Source: Actinomycetota bacterium
Lineage (GTDB): Bacteria > Actinomycetota > Acidimicrobiia > Spongiisociales > ZC4RG35
NCBI GenBank assembly: GCA_052390035.1
Contig: JBQTHI010000007.1
Coordinates: 8,430 to 72,429 of the forward strand
DNA length: 64,000 bases
Direction: 5' to 3'
Shown here: positions 10,201 to 19,358 of the stretch, in pieces
Numbering within the stretch: position 1 is the first letter of the stretch
How the letters are laid out: the number at the start of each line of letters is the position of its first letter
Notes under the pieces: generated by a model
The model's input: only the letters and a program-made list of their open reading frames with translations
Told to the model about the DNA's origin: nothing
Database searches by the model: none
Translations under genes and position numbers: made by a program

Positions 10201-10642
10201 TAACTAGTTGGGAGAGAGCCCGGTACCCCGACGGTGATCCGGCGAGGAGCACCAAATGTTCGGTCTCCGGCAGAACGATTGGCTTGGTGCCATGCATGCG
10301 CTTGTTCCGACCCCGCCGCCGACCGGTGGCCGGCTCGGTTTCGCGGGTGAGACGCCGATCGCGTTCTTCGGCTGCCGCGATCGGATCTTTGTCTCGTGTC
10401 CCGCGGCTGGGGACCGGCTCGACTCCGATCTCCACACCGTATACCGCTGGCAGGCCAGCCTCCCGAGCGGCGGTGGAGAAACGGACCGCCCCGTAGAACC
10501 CGTTGTGATCGGTGACTGCCAATGCTTGGTAACCGAGGTCTACCGCGGTTGCGACCAAATCTTCGGGATGGGAGGCACCGTCAAGGAACGAAAAGTTGGT
10601 ATGGCAATGCAACTCTGCGTAAGACGGCTCATTATGACCCAC
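7298..10642 (-). CDS. dnaE2: Error-prone DNA polymerase DnaE2 (ImuC), Pol III alpha-like
   Basis: GTG start; N-terminal PHP domain YAELHCHTNFSFLDGAS; 1114 aa; C-terminal ...SRDFR typical of DnaE2 rather than the ~1180-aa replicative DnaE1. Confidence 0.88.
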   Translation of the reverse strand: MGHNEPSYAELHCHTNFSFLDGASHPEDLVATAVDLGYQALAVTDHNGFYGAVRFSTAAREAGLPAVYGVEIGVEPVPSRGTRDKDPIAAAEERDRRLTRETEPATGRRRGRNKRMHGTKPIVLPETEHLVLLAGSPSGYRALSQLVTTAQIRGRKDRPVVLWEDLSAAARSPDLVALSGCRLGAVPIAAQRGDLAGAMTAAVKLREVFSDRLYLELWHHGLPEDDLRNDLVWEVSGRLNLGVVATNNVHYHRPGEADLSEVLAAVGGRRSLEQADGFRPATDQRHLKTPAEMNRRFHHYPGTVANSVDLAKSLTFDLRLIAPNLPDFPMPGHFRSEMEYLRNLTWEAARVIYPGNGEGLVDPTARNRLEHELVVIDRLGFAGYFLVVWDLVNFARSQDIFCQIRGSGADSAVCRCLGLTRVDPIRLGLPFERFLSEERGRPPDIDLDLEADRREEVIQYCYRRYGRERAAMVANVITYRARSVLRDVGKAFGFTQAQVDGLAKYVDGHDPANLRLDAPLPAGLSAELIYDVCWRLDGFPRHLGIHSGGMVIADRPLSQVVPLEWGRMEGRTVLQWDKDDCAAIGIVKFDLLGLGMLNALHLTTDLISEAHGVEVDLATIPQEPAIYEMLTKADTVGMFQVESRAQMATLPRMKPRTFYDLAVEVALIRPGPIQGQSVHPYLRRRSGEEPVRYPHPLTKPILEKTLGVPIFQEQLMELARVCAGFDGGQSDRLRQAMTHKRSEEAMSRLREEVFGGMAGQGVVGAAAAEIWEKLQGFAHFGFPESHSVSFAYIAYMSAWLKYHWPAETLAGLLNAQPMGFYSPNSLAQDARRHGVEVLGPCINRSFFDCTIEPWSADPDDIRCYYGASWRRGRGPVEDPLRSSVAVRLGLRYVRNLGGKEIDRIEAARQLGGRFQTPEDLASRTGLSVGALEGLAAAGSLAELGLDRREALWAAGALAEIDPGRLALSPGVAAPNLEEMSPQERHRAELWATGVSNSHPIQFIRDQLKADGCLTVMQALDLRRNGVKAEVGGVVTHRQRPGTARGVVFLNLEDETGLLNVVVLPEVWQKYRVQARRYPAVVIGGNIEYRDGVTNLVAHRFQPLGINALQSRDFR

Positions 10643-10654
10643 GAATGTATGTTA

Positions 10655-10670
10655 TCGAACGTTTGTTCGG
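10655..10670. promoter_or_regulatory. LexA (SOS) box TCGAAC-GTTT-GTTCGG, 13 nt upstream of the dnaE2 start codon
   Basis: Matches the actinobacterial Cheo-box consensus TCGAAC-N4-GTTCGA at 11/12 palindromic positions. It lies in the divergent intergenic region between dnaE2 and dodecin. Confidence 0.6.
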
Positions 10671-10747
10671 CGTGAGCCGACGGGTTCCAGCCTTCATCGA
10701 AAATATGCGCAAGAAGCGCGCCATGCACAAGCGCTACCGTCATCACC

Positions 10748-10969
10748 ATGGCCATTACCAAGACCGTCCGTCTATCCGGTGGGTCAGAAGACTCGATCGA
10801 AGATGCCATTCGCACCGTCCTTGCCAGAGCGGCCGTGACCATCCGCGACATCCAGCGCTTTACGGTTGTGCGGGTCAGCGGAAAAGTCGACAACGCTGGC
10901 GTCCCCACCGATTTCGAGGTCACCCTCGACATCACCTTCACCGTGCGCGAGGCACTTGCAGGTGAATGA
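10748..10969 (+). CDS. Dodecin (small flavin-binding/storage protein)
   Basis: 73 aa; MAITKTVRLSGGSEDSIEDAIRTVLARAAVTIRDIQRFTVVRVSGKVDNAGVPTDFEVTLDITF matches the dodecin pattern (Rv1498A-like). Confidence 0.75.
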   Translation: MAITKTVRLSGGSEDSIEDAIRTVLARAAVTIRDIQRFTVVRVSGKVDNAGVPTDFEVTLDITFTVREALAGE

Positions 10970-10976
10970 CACCCCG

Positions 10977-11945
10977 ATGGCCCAGGACCTGGGCCAGGGG
11001 ATCTCGCTCGTCACCCTCCCGCTGCCCTTCCGCAGCCCTCCCTCGGTCAACGCCTACCTGATCGAGGGTTCCGATGGCCATACCCTCATCGACTGTGGGA
11101 CGGACTGGCCCGATGGATATGCCGCACTCGTCGGAGGGCTTGGCACCCTTGGTCTAGATCCGGCCGCCATCCGCACCCTCGTCGTCTCCCACCTGCATCC
11201 CGACCATGTCGGAATGGCGCCTCGCCTGGTCCGCGATTGGGGTCTTTCGGTGGTCATGCATGCCCGGGCAACAAAGTTGGTGACGCGTTACAACGACCCC
11301 GACGACTTCCGGCTGCGCACCGAACACCTGGCCGAGCGCCACGGGGTTCCGTCAGGCGCCAAGGGGCCGTTTATGGATGTCGGGCAGCGACCACCGTGGA
11401 TGCCGCCCATCGATCCTCCCGACCGAGTGGTCGACGATCACGACACCATCCCCCTTGGAGCCAACCGGCACCTTGAAGTGCTCCATACCCCGGGTCACGA
11501 ACCGGCCCACATCTGCCTGCGCGACTCGCGTTCAGCCATCCTGTTCTCCGGTGACCACGTTCTTCCCCGCATCACCCCTTTCGTCGGCTACGACGAGCTA
11601 TTCGAAGACGTCCTTTCGGACTTTCTCTCCTCCTTGCGGCGGATCGAACGGTTGGCCGCCACCATCACCTACCCGGCCCACGGGTCGATCCTCGAACACG
11701 GATCGGCACGGGCGGGCCAGATCCTCCTTCACCATCAGCGCCGGCTCTCCGAGATGGTGGAGATAGTCGACTGGCGAGGAGCCACCGCGTGGTCGGTCAT
11801 GGAGAAGGTGTTCCGGCCCAACCTCAGCCCGATGGACCAACGACTTGCCCTTCGAGAGACCGTCGCCCACCTCGAACACCTTCGACTGACCGATCGTCTG
11901 CGCCTTCCCGAGAGGGATGGCCGGGCGATCTATGTCCGCCCGTAG
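10977..11945 (+). CDS. MBL-fold metallo-hydrolase
   Basis: HLHPDH metal-binding motif (HxHxDH), downstream His/Asp ligands (HTPGHEP, GDHV); start taken at the internal ATG (MAQDLGQ...). Confidence 0.8.
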   Translation: MAQDLGQGISLVTLPLPFRSPPSVNAYLIEGSDGHTLIDCGTDWPDGYAALVGGLGTLGLDPAAIRTLVVSHLHPDHVGMAPRLVRDWGLSVVMHARATKLVTRYNDPDDFRLRTEHLAERHGVPSGAKGPFMDVGQRPPWMPPIDPPDRVVDDHDTIPLGANRHLEVLHTPGHEPAHICLRDSRSAILFSGDHVLPRITPFVGYDELFEDVLSDFLSSLRRIERLAATITYPAHGSILEHGSARAGQILLHHQRRLSEMVEIVDWRGATAWSVMEKVFRPNLSPMDQRLALRETVAHLEHLRLTDRLRLPERDGRAIYVRP

Positions 11946-11947
11946 AC

Positions 11948-13708
11948 CTACCGCTCGCCGACCGCCCACAGGTCGCGCATCAATGGTGATCGCTCGAGCA
12001 GCTCCGAGAGCTTGCCTCGGTCCGCGACACGGCCCCGGTCGAGCAGGATGATCTGGTCGGCTCGCTGAAGGGCCGACCGGCGATGGGAGACCACGAGGCA
12101 CGTGGCATCCCTCCTTTCAAAGAGTCGGCGCCACAACTCGGCTTCGGTGTGGAGGTCGAGCGCCGAGGAGAGGTCGTCGAAGACCAGCAACTCGGCGTCG
12201 GTGGCCAACATCCGGGCGGCGGCCGATCGCTGTACCTGACCGCCCGACAGTTTGACCCCGCGTGCTCCTACCAAGGTGTCAAGGCCTTGCTCCAGGCGTT
12301 CCAGGTCGGGGTCGAGCACCGCAAGTTGGACGGCGTCCCGGAGCCGTTCCCTCGTGGCCCGCTGGCCGAGGGCGATGTTGTCCGCCAGCGACTCGGAGAA
12401 GAGCCGGGGAACCTGGGCTGTGTAAGCCGAGCGGGGCGGGATGAAGAAGGAGGCGGGGTCCTCAACCACCTCGCCGTTCCAGCGAATGTCACCGGATGCC
12501 GGGACCAGACCGAGCAGAGCCCGCACGAGAGTGCTCTTGCCCGAGCCGATCTTGCCGGTAACCACCAGGAAGTCCCCCCGCTCGACATCGAAGTCGACCG
12601 ACTCGAGACCATCTTCTCCATCGGGAAACCGGTGACTGAGACCACGCACCGTCAGACGTTCCAGCCGGGGACCGATCGTGGTCGATTCGGGCACCTCGGG
12701 CACCTCACCCGTCAGCGGTACCCGGGTCCTGTCGAGCAGGGCATCGGTCGGAGCATCGACGGCAAGCGCCTCGATCCGCTCGAACGCCACCCCGGTGCGC
12801 CGGTGCTGGGCGATGATGTCGCCGACAAACGCCATGTAATCGGTTAGTCGGGGCAGATAGGTGAGGAAAATGGTGACATCTCCCAGCGATAGCTCACCTG
12901 TGGTGATGCTTCCCGCCGCCACGATCAGCACCAGGGCGACGGTGATGGTCGACATGTTCCGGTTGATCCCCCGCAACACCTCGGTGAGGAAAGTGTCGGC
13001 CAGCGCGGCCCGATGACGGGTCTGGTTGAGATTGGCAAACCGGGCAAGAACCGCCTGCTCAGCCCGGAAGAGCTTGATCGCCTGCACCGCCCCAAAGGTC
13101 TCGCCGATGAAGCCGGTTACGTCGTCGGTCGCCTCCCGCATGGCTCGCCGGCGCTTACGGATCTGCGGGCTGAGCGCCTGTGTCAAAAGCAGGGTAAGCA
13201 CGAGAGGGATGATCAAGAGACCGGTGAGACTGAGGTCGATCGACGCCATCACCGCAATCGACCCCAGGCCAAACACCACCAACCCCCCCAGATCAACCCA
13301 GTTCTCCAGGTACTCCAGGAGATCCTCGACGTCATCCCGGAAGGTGGAGACCGCCTCGCCGGGCGAGAGCGGCACAATCCGCGAGCGGGGCGCCTCGAGC
13401 AGCCAGCGAAGCAGGTTGCGCTGGAGCTGAAGGGTCTGCTCGATCCAATGCCGGAGCCAGGCCTGATCCCCCAACCAGATGATGCCATTGCGCCCGATCG
13501 CCAGCACGCTGAACACCAGCACCGGTGTCCAGGCGGTGACGGCGGTCGGGTCGCCGGCCGCCAGGCGGTCAAACACCTGACCAATGAGAAGGCCGAAGAG
13601 CAGCGGCGAGCCATGAACCAAGGTCCACATGAGGAAGCAGAATCCGAATCGGCCCGGGCGGTATTTGATCATTTGCCACAACAACCCGATGGTGGAGGGG
13701 GTGGTCAT
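11948..13708 (-). CDS. ABC transporter, fused permease/ATP-binding subunit (heterodimeric exporter partner)
   Basis: TM domain plus Walker A GKIGSGKST, signature LSGGQVQRSAAARM, Walker B LVFDDLSSALD; overlaps the upstream partner gene by 4 nt. Confidence 0.85.
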   Translation of the reverse strand: MTTPSTIGLLWQMIKYRPGRFGFCFLMWTLVHGSPLLFGLLIGQVFDRLAAGDPTAVTAWTPVLVFSVLAIGRNGIIWLGDQAWLRHWIEQTLQLQRNLLRWLLEAPRSRIVPLSPGEAVSTFRDDVEDLLEYLENWVDLGGLVVFGLGSIAVMASIDLSLTGLLIIPLVLTLLLTQALSPQIRKRRRAMREATDDVTGFIGETFGAVQAIKLFRAEQAVLARFANLNQTRHRAALADTFLTEVLRGINRNMSTITVALVLIVAAGSITTGELSLGDVTIFLTYLPRLTDYMAFVGDIIAQHRRTGVAFERIEALAVDAPTDALLDRTRVPLTGEVPEVPESTTIGPRLERLTVRGLSHRFPDGEDGLESVDFDVERGDFLVVTGKIGSGKSTLVRALLGLVPASGDIRWNGEVVEDPASFFIPPRSAYTAQVPRLFSESLADNIALGQRATRERLRDAVQLAVLDPDLERLEQGLDTLVGARGVKLSGGQVQRSAAARMLATDAELLVFDDLSSALDLHTEAELWRRLFERRDATCLVVSHRRSALQRADQIILLDRGRVADRGKLSELLERSPLMRDLWAVGER

Positions 13709-15495
13709 GCGCCATCACCGTCCAGCAGGGCCATGGCTCGGGCATCGCCCGCCGCCAGCAGCAGGCGTCCGTAGCGGCTGTCGGGATCGGCGGCCAACTC
13801 CTCACGAGGGCCGTGTTCGGCGATCCGGCCCTCTTCGACGACCATGATCTGATCCGCCACCCGCACGGTTTCCAGTCGATGGGCGACGATCAGAACCGTC
13901 CGCCCGGAGAAGAGCCGCTCGGTGGCCGCGGCGAGGAGCGACTCGGTCGCCGGGTCTAGCCGCGAGGAAGGCTCGTCGAGGATGACGAGCCCGGGATCCT
14001 GCAGAAACACCCTGGCAAAAGCAAGGAGTTGCTGCTCGCCAGCGGAAAGACCGGTCCCGGCCGCGCCGAGTTCGGTGTCGAGACCCATTACCCGGATCCA
14101 GTCGCCCAAGCCGGCCCGGTCGAGCACCGTGACGATCTCATCGTCTGGTCGGCTCTTGAACAGCGTGAGGTTGTCGCGCACCGTTGCCCGGAAAAGCTGG
14201 ACATCCTGAGTGACCACCCCCACCGCCGCACGCAGCGAGTCGTCGGTGAGGTGGCGGAGGTCGATCCCACCTACCCGAACAGTGCCCTGATCTGGGTCGT
14301 AGAGGCGGGCGATCAGCCGGGTGATGGTGGTCTTGCCGCCACCGGTACGGCCCAGGAGACCCAGCACCTGTCCAGCTACAAGCCGGAAGCTGACGTCGTC
14401 CAGCACCACTCGTTGCTCGTAAGAGAAGGTCACGTTGTCGAATTCCACGGAGAGGGGACCCGCATCCACGCCGTGGTCACCCTTGAGGAGATCGGTGTGG
14501 AGCCTTCGCAGCCGATCGATCCGGATGATCCCCCCCGCCGCCTTCTGCAGCTGTTGAAGCTCCTGGGTCACCTGCTCGATCGGTCGCCGAACAAGCTGGA
14601 TGTATTGGAGGATGAGATAGGCCGTGCCGATGGTGACACGCCCGTTCAATACAAGCCACGTGCCGACCGCCAGCGCCAGGGCATCACCCGCCCAAAAGGC
14701 GGTGTTGGCAGATACCCAGAGCACCACCCTCTTGCGCCACGCGGCGGTGGTCCGCTGGTAATAGTCCCGCATCACCGGCACGAAACGGGCCATGGTGGAG
14801 CGGCCGGCTCCTAGGGCGCGGATGTCCTCGATTCCCGCCATACGCTCTTCGATGAAGCCGTAGAGGCGGGCCGAAACCTCCCGTTCTTGTTCGGCCGCTT
14901 CGACCGCCAATTTGCGTAGCCCGAGCAGCAGAACGAGGACCGCCACCACATACAAGGTGATGGCGAGACCCATGGCCGTTGCCGATATCCAGGAAACGAC
15001 CAGCACGCCGCCAAGGACCACTCCGGCACCGACCAGTCGGACAAGGAACCGCGAGATGAAATCCGACAAAGCGGTGACGTCCCCGTCGATCCGCTCGATC
15101 ATCTCCCCGGGAGTGGTGTCGTTGTGAAATCCCATGTCGAGGGTGAGCAGATGAGAGCTGAGATCTTCCCGCAGGCGATTGGTGGCGGACCAAGCAATGT
15201 CCGCCCCGAGATAGGAAGCGCCGGCGTCCAACAGCTGGTTGACGATCCCGCCGACGAGAAAGGCCAGGCCGATCGCCACCATCCCCGCCGTGGCCTCCCT
15301 CGCCACGGCGGCGTCGATGAAGCGCCCGAGCAGCTGGGGTATGGCCAACTGCAAGCCGATGGAAACCAGCATCACCGCCCCGAGGGTCGTCACCCGACGT
15401 CGGAGGGGGCGCACATAAGTCTGAAGGGTGGCGCGATAGCTCGGCGCAGTCATGATCGGAACTCGGTCAACCCTATCGTTCAGGGCTGCCCCCAT
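13705..15495 (-). CDS. ABC transporter, fused permease/ATP-binding subunit (heterodimeric exporter partner)
   Basis: TM domain plus Walker A GRTGGGKTT, signature LSAGEQQLLAFARV, Walker B ILDEPSSRLD. Start possibly the internal Met at ~15453. Confidence 0.85.
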   Translation of the reverse strand: MGAALNDRVDRVPIMTAPSYRATLQTYVRPLRRRVTTLGAVMLVSIGLQLAIPQLLGRFIDAAVAREATAGMVAIGLAFLVGGIVNQLLDAGASYLGADIAWSATNRLREDLSSHLLTLDMGFHNDTTPGEMIERIDGDVTALSDFISRFLVRLVGAGVVLGGVLVVSWISATAMGLAITLYVVAVLVLLLGLRKLAVEAAEQEREVSARLYGFIEERMAGIEDIRALGAGRSTMARFVPVMRDYYQRTTAAWRKRVVLWVSANTAFWAGDALALAVGTWLVLNGRVTIGTAYLILQYIQLVRRPIEQVTQELQQLQKAAGGIIRIDRLRRLHTDLLKGDHGVDAGPLSVEFDNVTFSYEQRVVLDDVSFRLVAGQVLGLLGRTGGGKTTITRLIARLYDPDQGTVRVGGIDLRHLTDDSLRAAVGVVTQDVQLFRATVRDNLTLFKSRPDDEIVTVLDRAGLGDWIRVMGLDTELGAAGTGLSAGEQQLLAFARVFLQDPGLVILDEPSSRLDPATESLLAAATERLFSGRTVLIVAHRLETVRVADQIMVVEEGRIAEHGPREELAADPDSRYGRLLLAAGDARAMALLDGDGA

Positions 15496-15528
15496 GAGAC
15501 CGAATAAATCACAGCTAGTGGATATCAG

Positions 15529-16380
15529 ATGTCAGTTGTTGGAGAAATACAGGTGAGACGAATAGTTGCATTGGTAATGGCCGTGCTGGTCATGGGAATT
15601 GCCCTGCCTGCCTCTGCCAGCCTCGACGATCTCCCCCCGACCCCCGAGCGTCTCTTCATCCCCGGAGAGATGGTGGCCAATCCCCCACTCATCGACCTGG
15701 CACCCGGATCCCGCGGTCAACAGGTAGCCGACCTACAGCAAGAGTTGAAAGAGGCCGGGTTCTTTCCTGGACCGATCGACGGCTCTTTTGGCCGTTCAAC
15801 CCTCGGGGCGGTCTACGCCTTCCAAAAGCTGTACGAACTCGACAGGACCGGTGTCTTCCGGGCTGCGGACTGGAGAATGCTGGACCGGAGCATCCGAGGA
15901 CCGGGCCCAGCGCCCGAAGCCGATCGAATCGAGGTTGACCTCTCCCGCCAGGTGATGTATCTGATCGAGGCTGAACAGGTCTCGGGGGTGTTTCCGATTT
16001 CGTCGGGCAACGGTGAGAAGTACCGGAATGCCCGCGGACGCCTGGTGACGGCAACCACACCCGAGGGGCGGTTCACGTTTCGCCGCAGCCGCCAAGGATG
16101 GTGGGAGTCCTACCTCGGCTTTATGTACCAGCCTTTCTATTTCTACGGCGGGTATGCGATCCACGGCTCGGGGTCGGTTCCTCCCTTTCCCGCCTCCCAC
16201 GGCTGCGTCCGGGTGGAGATCGCCGACATGGACCTTTTGTCCAAACGAATCAGAGTGGGCATGCCGATATACCTGTATGGCGTCAACGTGTCACGCGGCG
16301 CTCTGCTCCCCCCGGTCGAGGACCAGCCCGGCCAGGGCAACCTCGACCATGGCCCCAAAGGACTGTTCCCGCTCGTCTGA
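15529..16380 (+). CDS. L,D-transpeptidase with peptidoglycan-binding domain (YkuD family)
   Basis: Signal peptide; PG_binding_1-like segment ([24 protein letters not shown]); catalytic HGCVRV motif. The 3' end overlaps convergent deoD by ~90 nt. Confidence 0.8.
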   Translation: MSVVGEIQVRRIVALVMAVLVMGIALPASASLDDLPPTPERLFIPGEMVANPPLIDLAPGSRGQQVADLQQELKEAGFFPGPIDGSFGRSTLGAVYAFQKLYELDRTGVFRAADWRMLDRSIRGPGPAPEADRIEVDLSRQVMYLIEAEQVSGVFPISSGNGEKYRNARGRLVTATTPEGRFTFRRSRQGWWESYLGFMYQPFYFYGGYAIHGSGSVPPFPASHGCVRVEIADMDLLSKRIRVGMPIYLYGVNVSRGALLPPVEDQPGQGNLDHGPKGLFPLV

Positions 16381-17022
16381 GGTGGTGGCTTCGCCGGTGC
16401 GGACATGGTCGCTCACCGTCAAGATGGTGAGTGCTCGGGCGCCCCTCTCGGCGGCTGCTCCGTAAAGGCCCGCCGCCTCCATCTCCACCGCCAGCACGTT
16501 CATCTTTTCGAGAGTGTCCCACACGCCCGCCACCGGGTTGTAGAACAGGTCGGCCGAGTGGACGTTGCCGACCATGACCGAAACCCCAAGCTGCTCGGCC
16601 GCTTCCACCGAGGCCCGGGCCAGACCGAAGTCGGCGATGGCCGCATAGTCCCATCCCTGGTAGCGCGCCCGGTTGACGCCCGAGTCCGTGCAGGCGCCGG
16701 TAGCCACGATCACATCGCGTATCTTGACCGACGTCGATATCCCCCCGCATGAACCGACTCTGACGAGCCTCCTGCATCCAAATTCGGTGATCAGCTCGGT
16801 GGCGTAAATCGAGGCGGATGGGATCCCCATCCCGGTGCCCATCACCGAAACCGGCATGTCCCGATAGGTTCCGGTAAACCCGAGCATGTTGCGGACCGCC
16901 GTCACCTGCCGGCCATCCGCCAGAAATCGATCGGCAACGTATTTTGCCCTCAACGGGTCGCCGGGGAGAAGGACCGCCTCGGCGAAGTCGCCTGGCTGCG
17001 CCGAAATGTGGGGCGTGGACAT
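16291..17022 (-). CDS. deoD: Purine nucleoside phosphorylase, DeoD-type
   Basis: Full-length similarity to the PNP/UDP phosphorylase family (GDP..AKYVA, MGxGMGx[10 protein letters not shown]). Confidence 0.9.
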   Translation of the reverse strand: MSTPHISAQPGDFAEAVLLPGDPLRAKYVADRFLADGRQVTAVRNMLGFTGTYRDMPVSVMGTGMGIPSASIYATELITEFGCRRLVRVGSCGGISTSVKIRDVIVATGACTDSGVNRARYQGWDYAAIADFGLARASVEAAEQLGVSVMVGNVHSADLFYNPVAGVWDTLEKMNVLAVEMEAAGLYGAAAERGARALTILTVSDHVRTGEATTSDEREQSFGAMVEVALAGLVLDRGEQSAA

Positions 17023-17078
17023 CGAGCTCCTTGGTCAGGGGCTCGAAAACTTAACCGTGCAGCCGGAGTTGGGAGCGC

Positions 17079-17414
17079 TCAGCCGGTTTGGGAAGCCTGT
17101 CGCAAGCGCTCTGCCAACCCGAAGCGACTCTTGGACACTCGAAGATCGATCACCGTGCCGAGTTCCTCGGTCAACCCACCCGGATCTTCGGGCTGGAACT
17201 CGTAATTCTGGGTGCCATCGGAAAGAAGGAAGCGAAAAACACTGATACGTTCACAATGTGTCGAGGCCAGGTCCCAGGACACCAGCCGCCTACGGTCGGT
17301 CCATATCCGCAACCGGCCATCTTCGACCTGCACGCTGGCTCGAACCGGGGGCTCGTCCTCCCGGTAAAGCTGACCCGCAAAAACCGACATTCCCCTTCCT
17401 CCTTCTTGACTCAT
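17079..17414 (-). CDS. Hypothetical small protein (possible bacterial PH-like domain)
   Basis: 111-aa ORF with coding-like composition and a fitting gap to its neighbours; no recognisable motif. Confidence 0.4.
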   Translation of the reverse strand: MSQEGGRGMSVFAGQLYREDEPPVRASVQVEDGRLRIWTDRRRLVSWDLASTHCERISVFRFLLSDGTQNYEFQPEDPGGLTEELGTVIDLRVSKSRFGLAERLRQASQTG

Positions 17415-17467
17415 AGCCTAGGTCCGAAGACCTATACGGGCAAGACTCCTGCTTTACCCTAAAAGCC

Positions 17468-18214
17468 ATGAAGTTGGCTGCACGCCTGGCCGCGGCGGGG
17501 TTGGGCGCCATTGCCGTCGAGCTCGCCTACGCCATCCTCCGGCCCACCCCCCGGGTTGTCGAGTTCGATCCGTCCGGGAGGGTCGGCCCGACCGGCGGCA
17601 AACACCTCTCGATGGTGGTCCTGGGCGATTCCTCCGGCACCGGGCCCGGTGTGGGGGGACACCATGAGATCTGGAGCCACCGGGTGGCCCGGCGGCTCGC
17701 CAATGACGGATTCCTCGTTGACCTTTACTCGCTGGCAGCCAGCGGTGCCACCAGCGCCGAGGTTCTCGCCGAGCAGGTGCCGGCGGCGGAGAAGCTGCGA
17801 CCTGACCTGGCGTTTGTCTCAGTCGGGGCCAACGACGTGCTCCATCAAGTCCCGTTGAGGCGCTTCGAAGCCAATCTGGACCGAATCACCGGAAGGTTGC
17901 GATCGGTCGCCCCGGTATTGATCCTGACCGGGGTGGGGGATCTCGGCACCATTCCCCGGCTGCTGCCGCCGCTGCGCCAATTTATTTCACATCGGGCGAG
18001 GACGGCCGACGCCATCGCTCGACGGGTGGCAGAACGGCACGGGATCACCAAAGCCGAGTTGTGGGGTGAAGTGGCCGTCGCCTTCCGAGACCGCGCCATC
18101 TTCTCGGATGATCTCTTCCATCCAAAGGGCGCCGGTCATGCAATTTGGGCCGATATGGCCTGGGCCGCACTCTCCCCGATGATCGGAAAGTTGGACTCCG
18201 ATGGAGCCGGCTGA
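17468..18214 (+). CDS. SGNH/GDSL-family hydrolase
   Basis: N-terminal anchor; GDSS block I, GANDV block III, DDLFHP block V (Asp/His of the catalytic triad). Confidence 0.8.
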   Translation: MKLAARLAAAGLGAIAVELAYAILRPTPRVVEFDPSGRVGPTGGKHLSMVVLGDSSGTGPGVGGHHEIWSHRVARRLANDGFLVDLYSLAASGATSAEVLAEQVPAAEKLRPDLAFVSVGANDVLHQVPLRRFEANLDRITGRLRSVAPVLILTGVGDLGTIPRLLPPLRQFISHRARTADAIARRVAERHGITKAELWGEVAVAFRDRAIFSDDLFHPKGAGHAIWADMAWAALSPMIGKLDSDGAG

Positions 18215-18608
18215 AGCTCGAACATTTCTTGAAGACTCGAGAGTGGCGACGCTCGCCACCGTTCGCCCTGACGGAAGGCCACATCTTGTCCCTATCGTCT
18301 TCGCCTTCGAGGGTGATGACCTGGTAACGGCGGTGGATGCCAAACCCAAGGCCACCCTCGAACTGGTCCGCCTGGAGAACATCACCTCAAACCCCCAAGT
18401 GAGCGTCCTAGTCCAACACTACGAAGACGACTGGAGCCATCTGTGGTGGGTGCGGGTCGACGGCCTAGCCGTGGTAGAGACGGCCGGAGAAGGCTTCGAG
18501 CGCGCCATCGCCGCTCTGCGCCTCCGATATCACCAGTATCACGAGGTCGCCATTGTCGGACCGGTGATCCGAATCGGCATCGAGCGGATGGCTGGCTGGA
18601 GAGCCTAG
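18201..18608 (+). CDS. PPOX-class (pyridoxamine 5'-phosphate oxidase-like) probable F420-dependent enzyme
   Basis: 135 aa; ...SRVATLATVRPDGRPHLVPIVF...VSVLVQHYEDDWSHLWWVRVDG... pattern of the small F420/FMN-binding split-barrel family. Confidence 0.7.
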   Translation: MEPAEARTFLEDSRVATLATVRPDGRPHLVPIVFAFEGDDLVTAVDAKPKATLELVRLENITSNPQVSVLVQHYEDDWSHLWWVRVDGLAVVETAGEGFERAIAALRLRYHQYHEVAIVGPVIRIGIERMAGWRA

Positions 18609-18768
18609 GTGCCTGGCAGGCCAAACGGGAATCCCCACTGTGCCCCCAGGGCCTGTCGGATCGATTGCGCCATGTCGTTGACGAACGAGCCTGTGGGCGC
18701 CATCGGCCCGAGGAAGATGAGGGCGAGAACCAAGACGAGGGCTAAGGCGGTCAGCCGCACGACGAGTC

Positions 18769-19320
18769 TCATGGCGTGGCTTCCCGAAAGCCGGTCTCGG
18801 TCGCCACGGCATCCATCCGGATGTCGTGATCGGTCATCGGCAACTCTCTCACCACCTTCCGATCGATGCTCACGCCTATGAGGTACGGGCGGGGATGGAA
18901 CGAGGCCAGCAACGTGTCGTAGTACCCCCGCCCGTGACCGAGCCGGCCTCCGTCCCGGGCGAACAAGACCCCCGGCACCAGCACCACGTCGATCGCCAGC
19001 GGGTTGATCACCGCGGCACCGGACCCGGGCTGGAGGAATCCCAGCGGATGGCGCTCGAGCGGGCCCTCGAGATAATGAATCGTGAGCGGTCCCCCTTGCG
19101 GGGTGCGGGTGGCGGCCAACACCAGACCTGCTTCTTCTTTCAATCCTCCCAAATCAATTTCGCCTGCCATGGCGAGGAATGTGAGGACAACCCGAAAGTC
19201 CTGGCGCTTAATAACTTCGCGGACGGTGAGAGTGACGAGTTCGGACTCGGCGACAGTGGCCGGAGCGATCGTTTGAGCGAAGGCCCGCCACTCCGCTTTG
19301 GTACGGCCGGACTGGCTCAC
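18769..19320 (-). CDS. 5-formyltetrahydrofolate cyclo-ligase
   Basis: GHGRGYYD motif and overall 5-FCL family pattern; 183 aa. Confidence 0.8.
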   Translation of the reverse strand: MSQSGRTKAEWRAFAQTIAPATVAESELVTLTVREVIKRQDFRVVLTFLAMAGEIDLGGLKEEAGLVLAATRTPQGGPLTIHYLEGPLERHPLGFLQPGSGAAVINPLAIDVVLVPGVLFARDGGRLGHGRGYYDTLLASFHPRPYLIGVSIDRKVVRELPMTDHDIRMDAVATETGFREATP

Positions 19321-19358
19321 CCTTAAACCCTAAACCGGGCTGGCTAACGTCGCTCTCG

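Noticed and set aside
10522-10965. 147-aa + strand and 133-aa - strand ORFs overlapping the dodecin gene
   Set aside because: They span the dnaE2 promoter/LexA box and run antisense to or out of frame with the well-conserved 73-aa dodecin. His/Arg-rich with no family resemblance.
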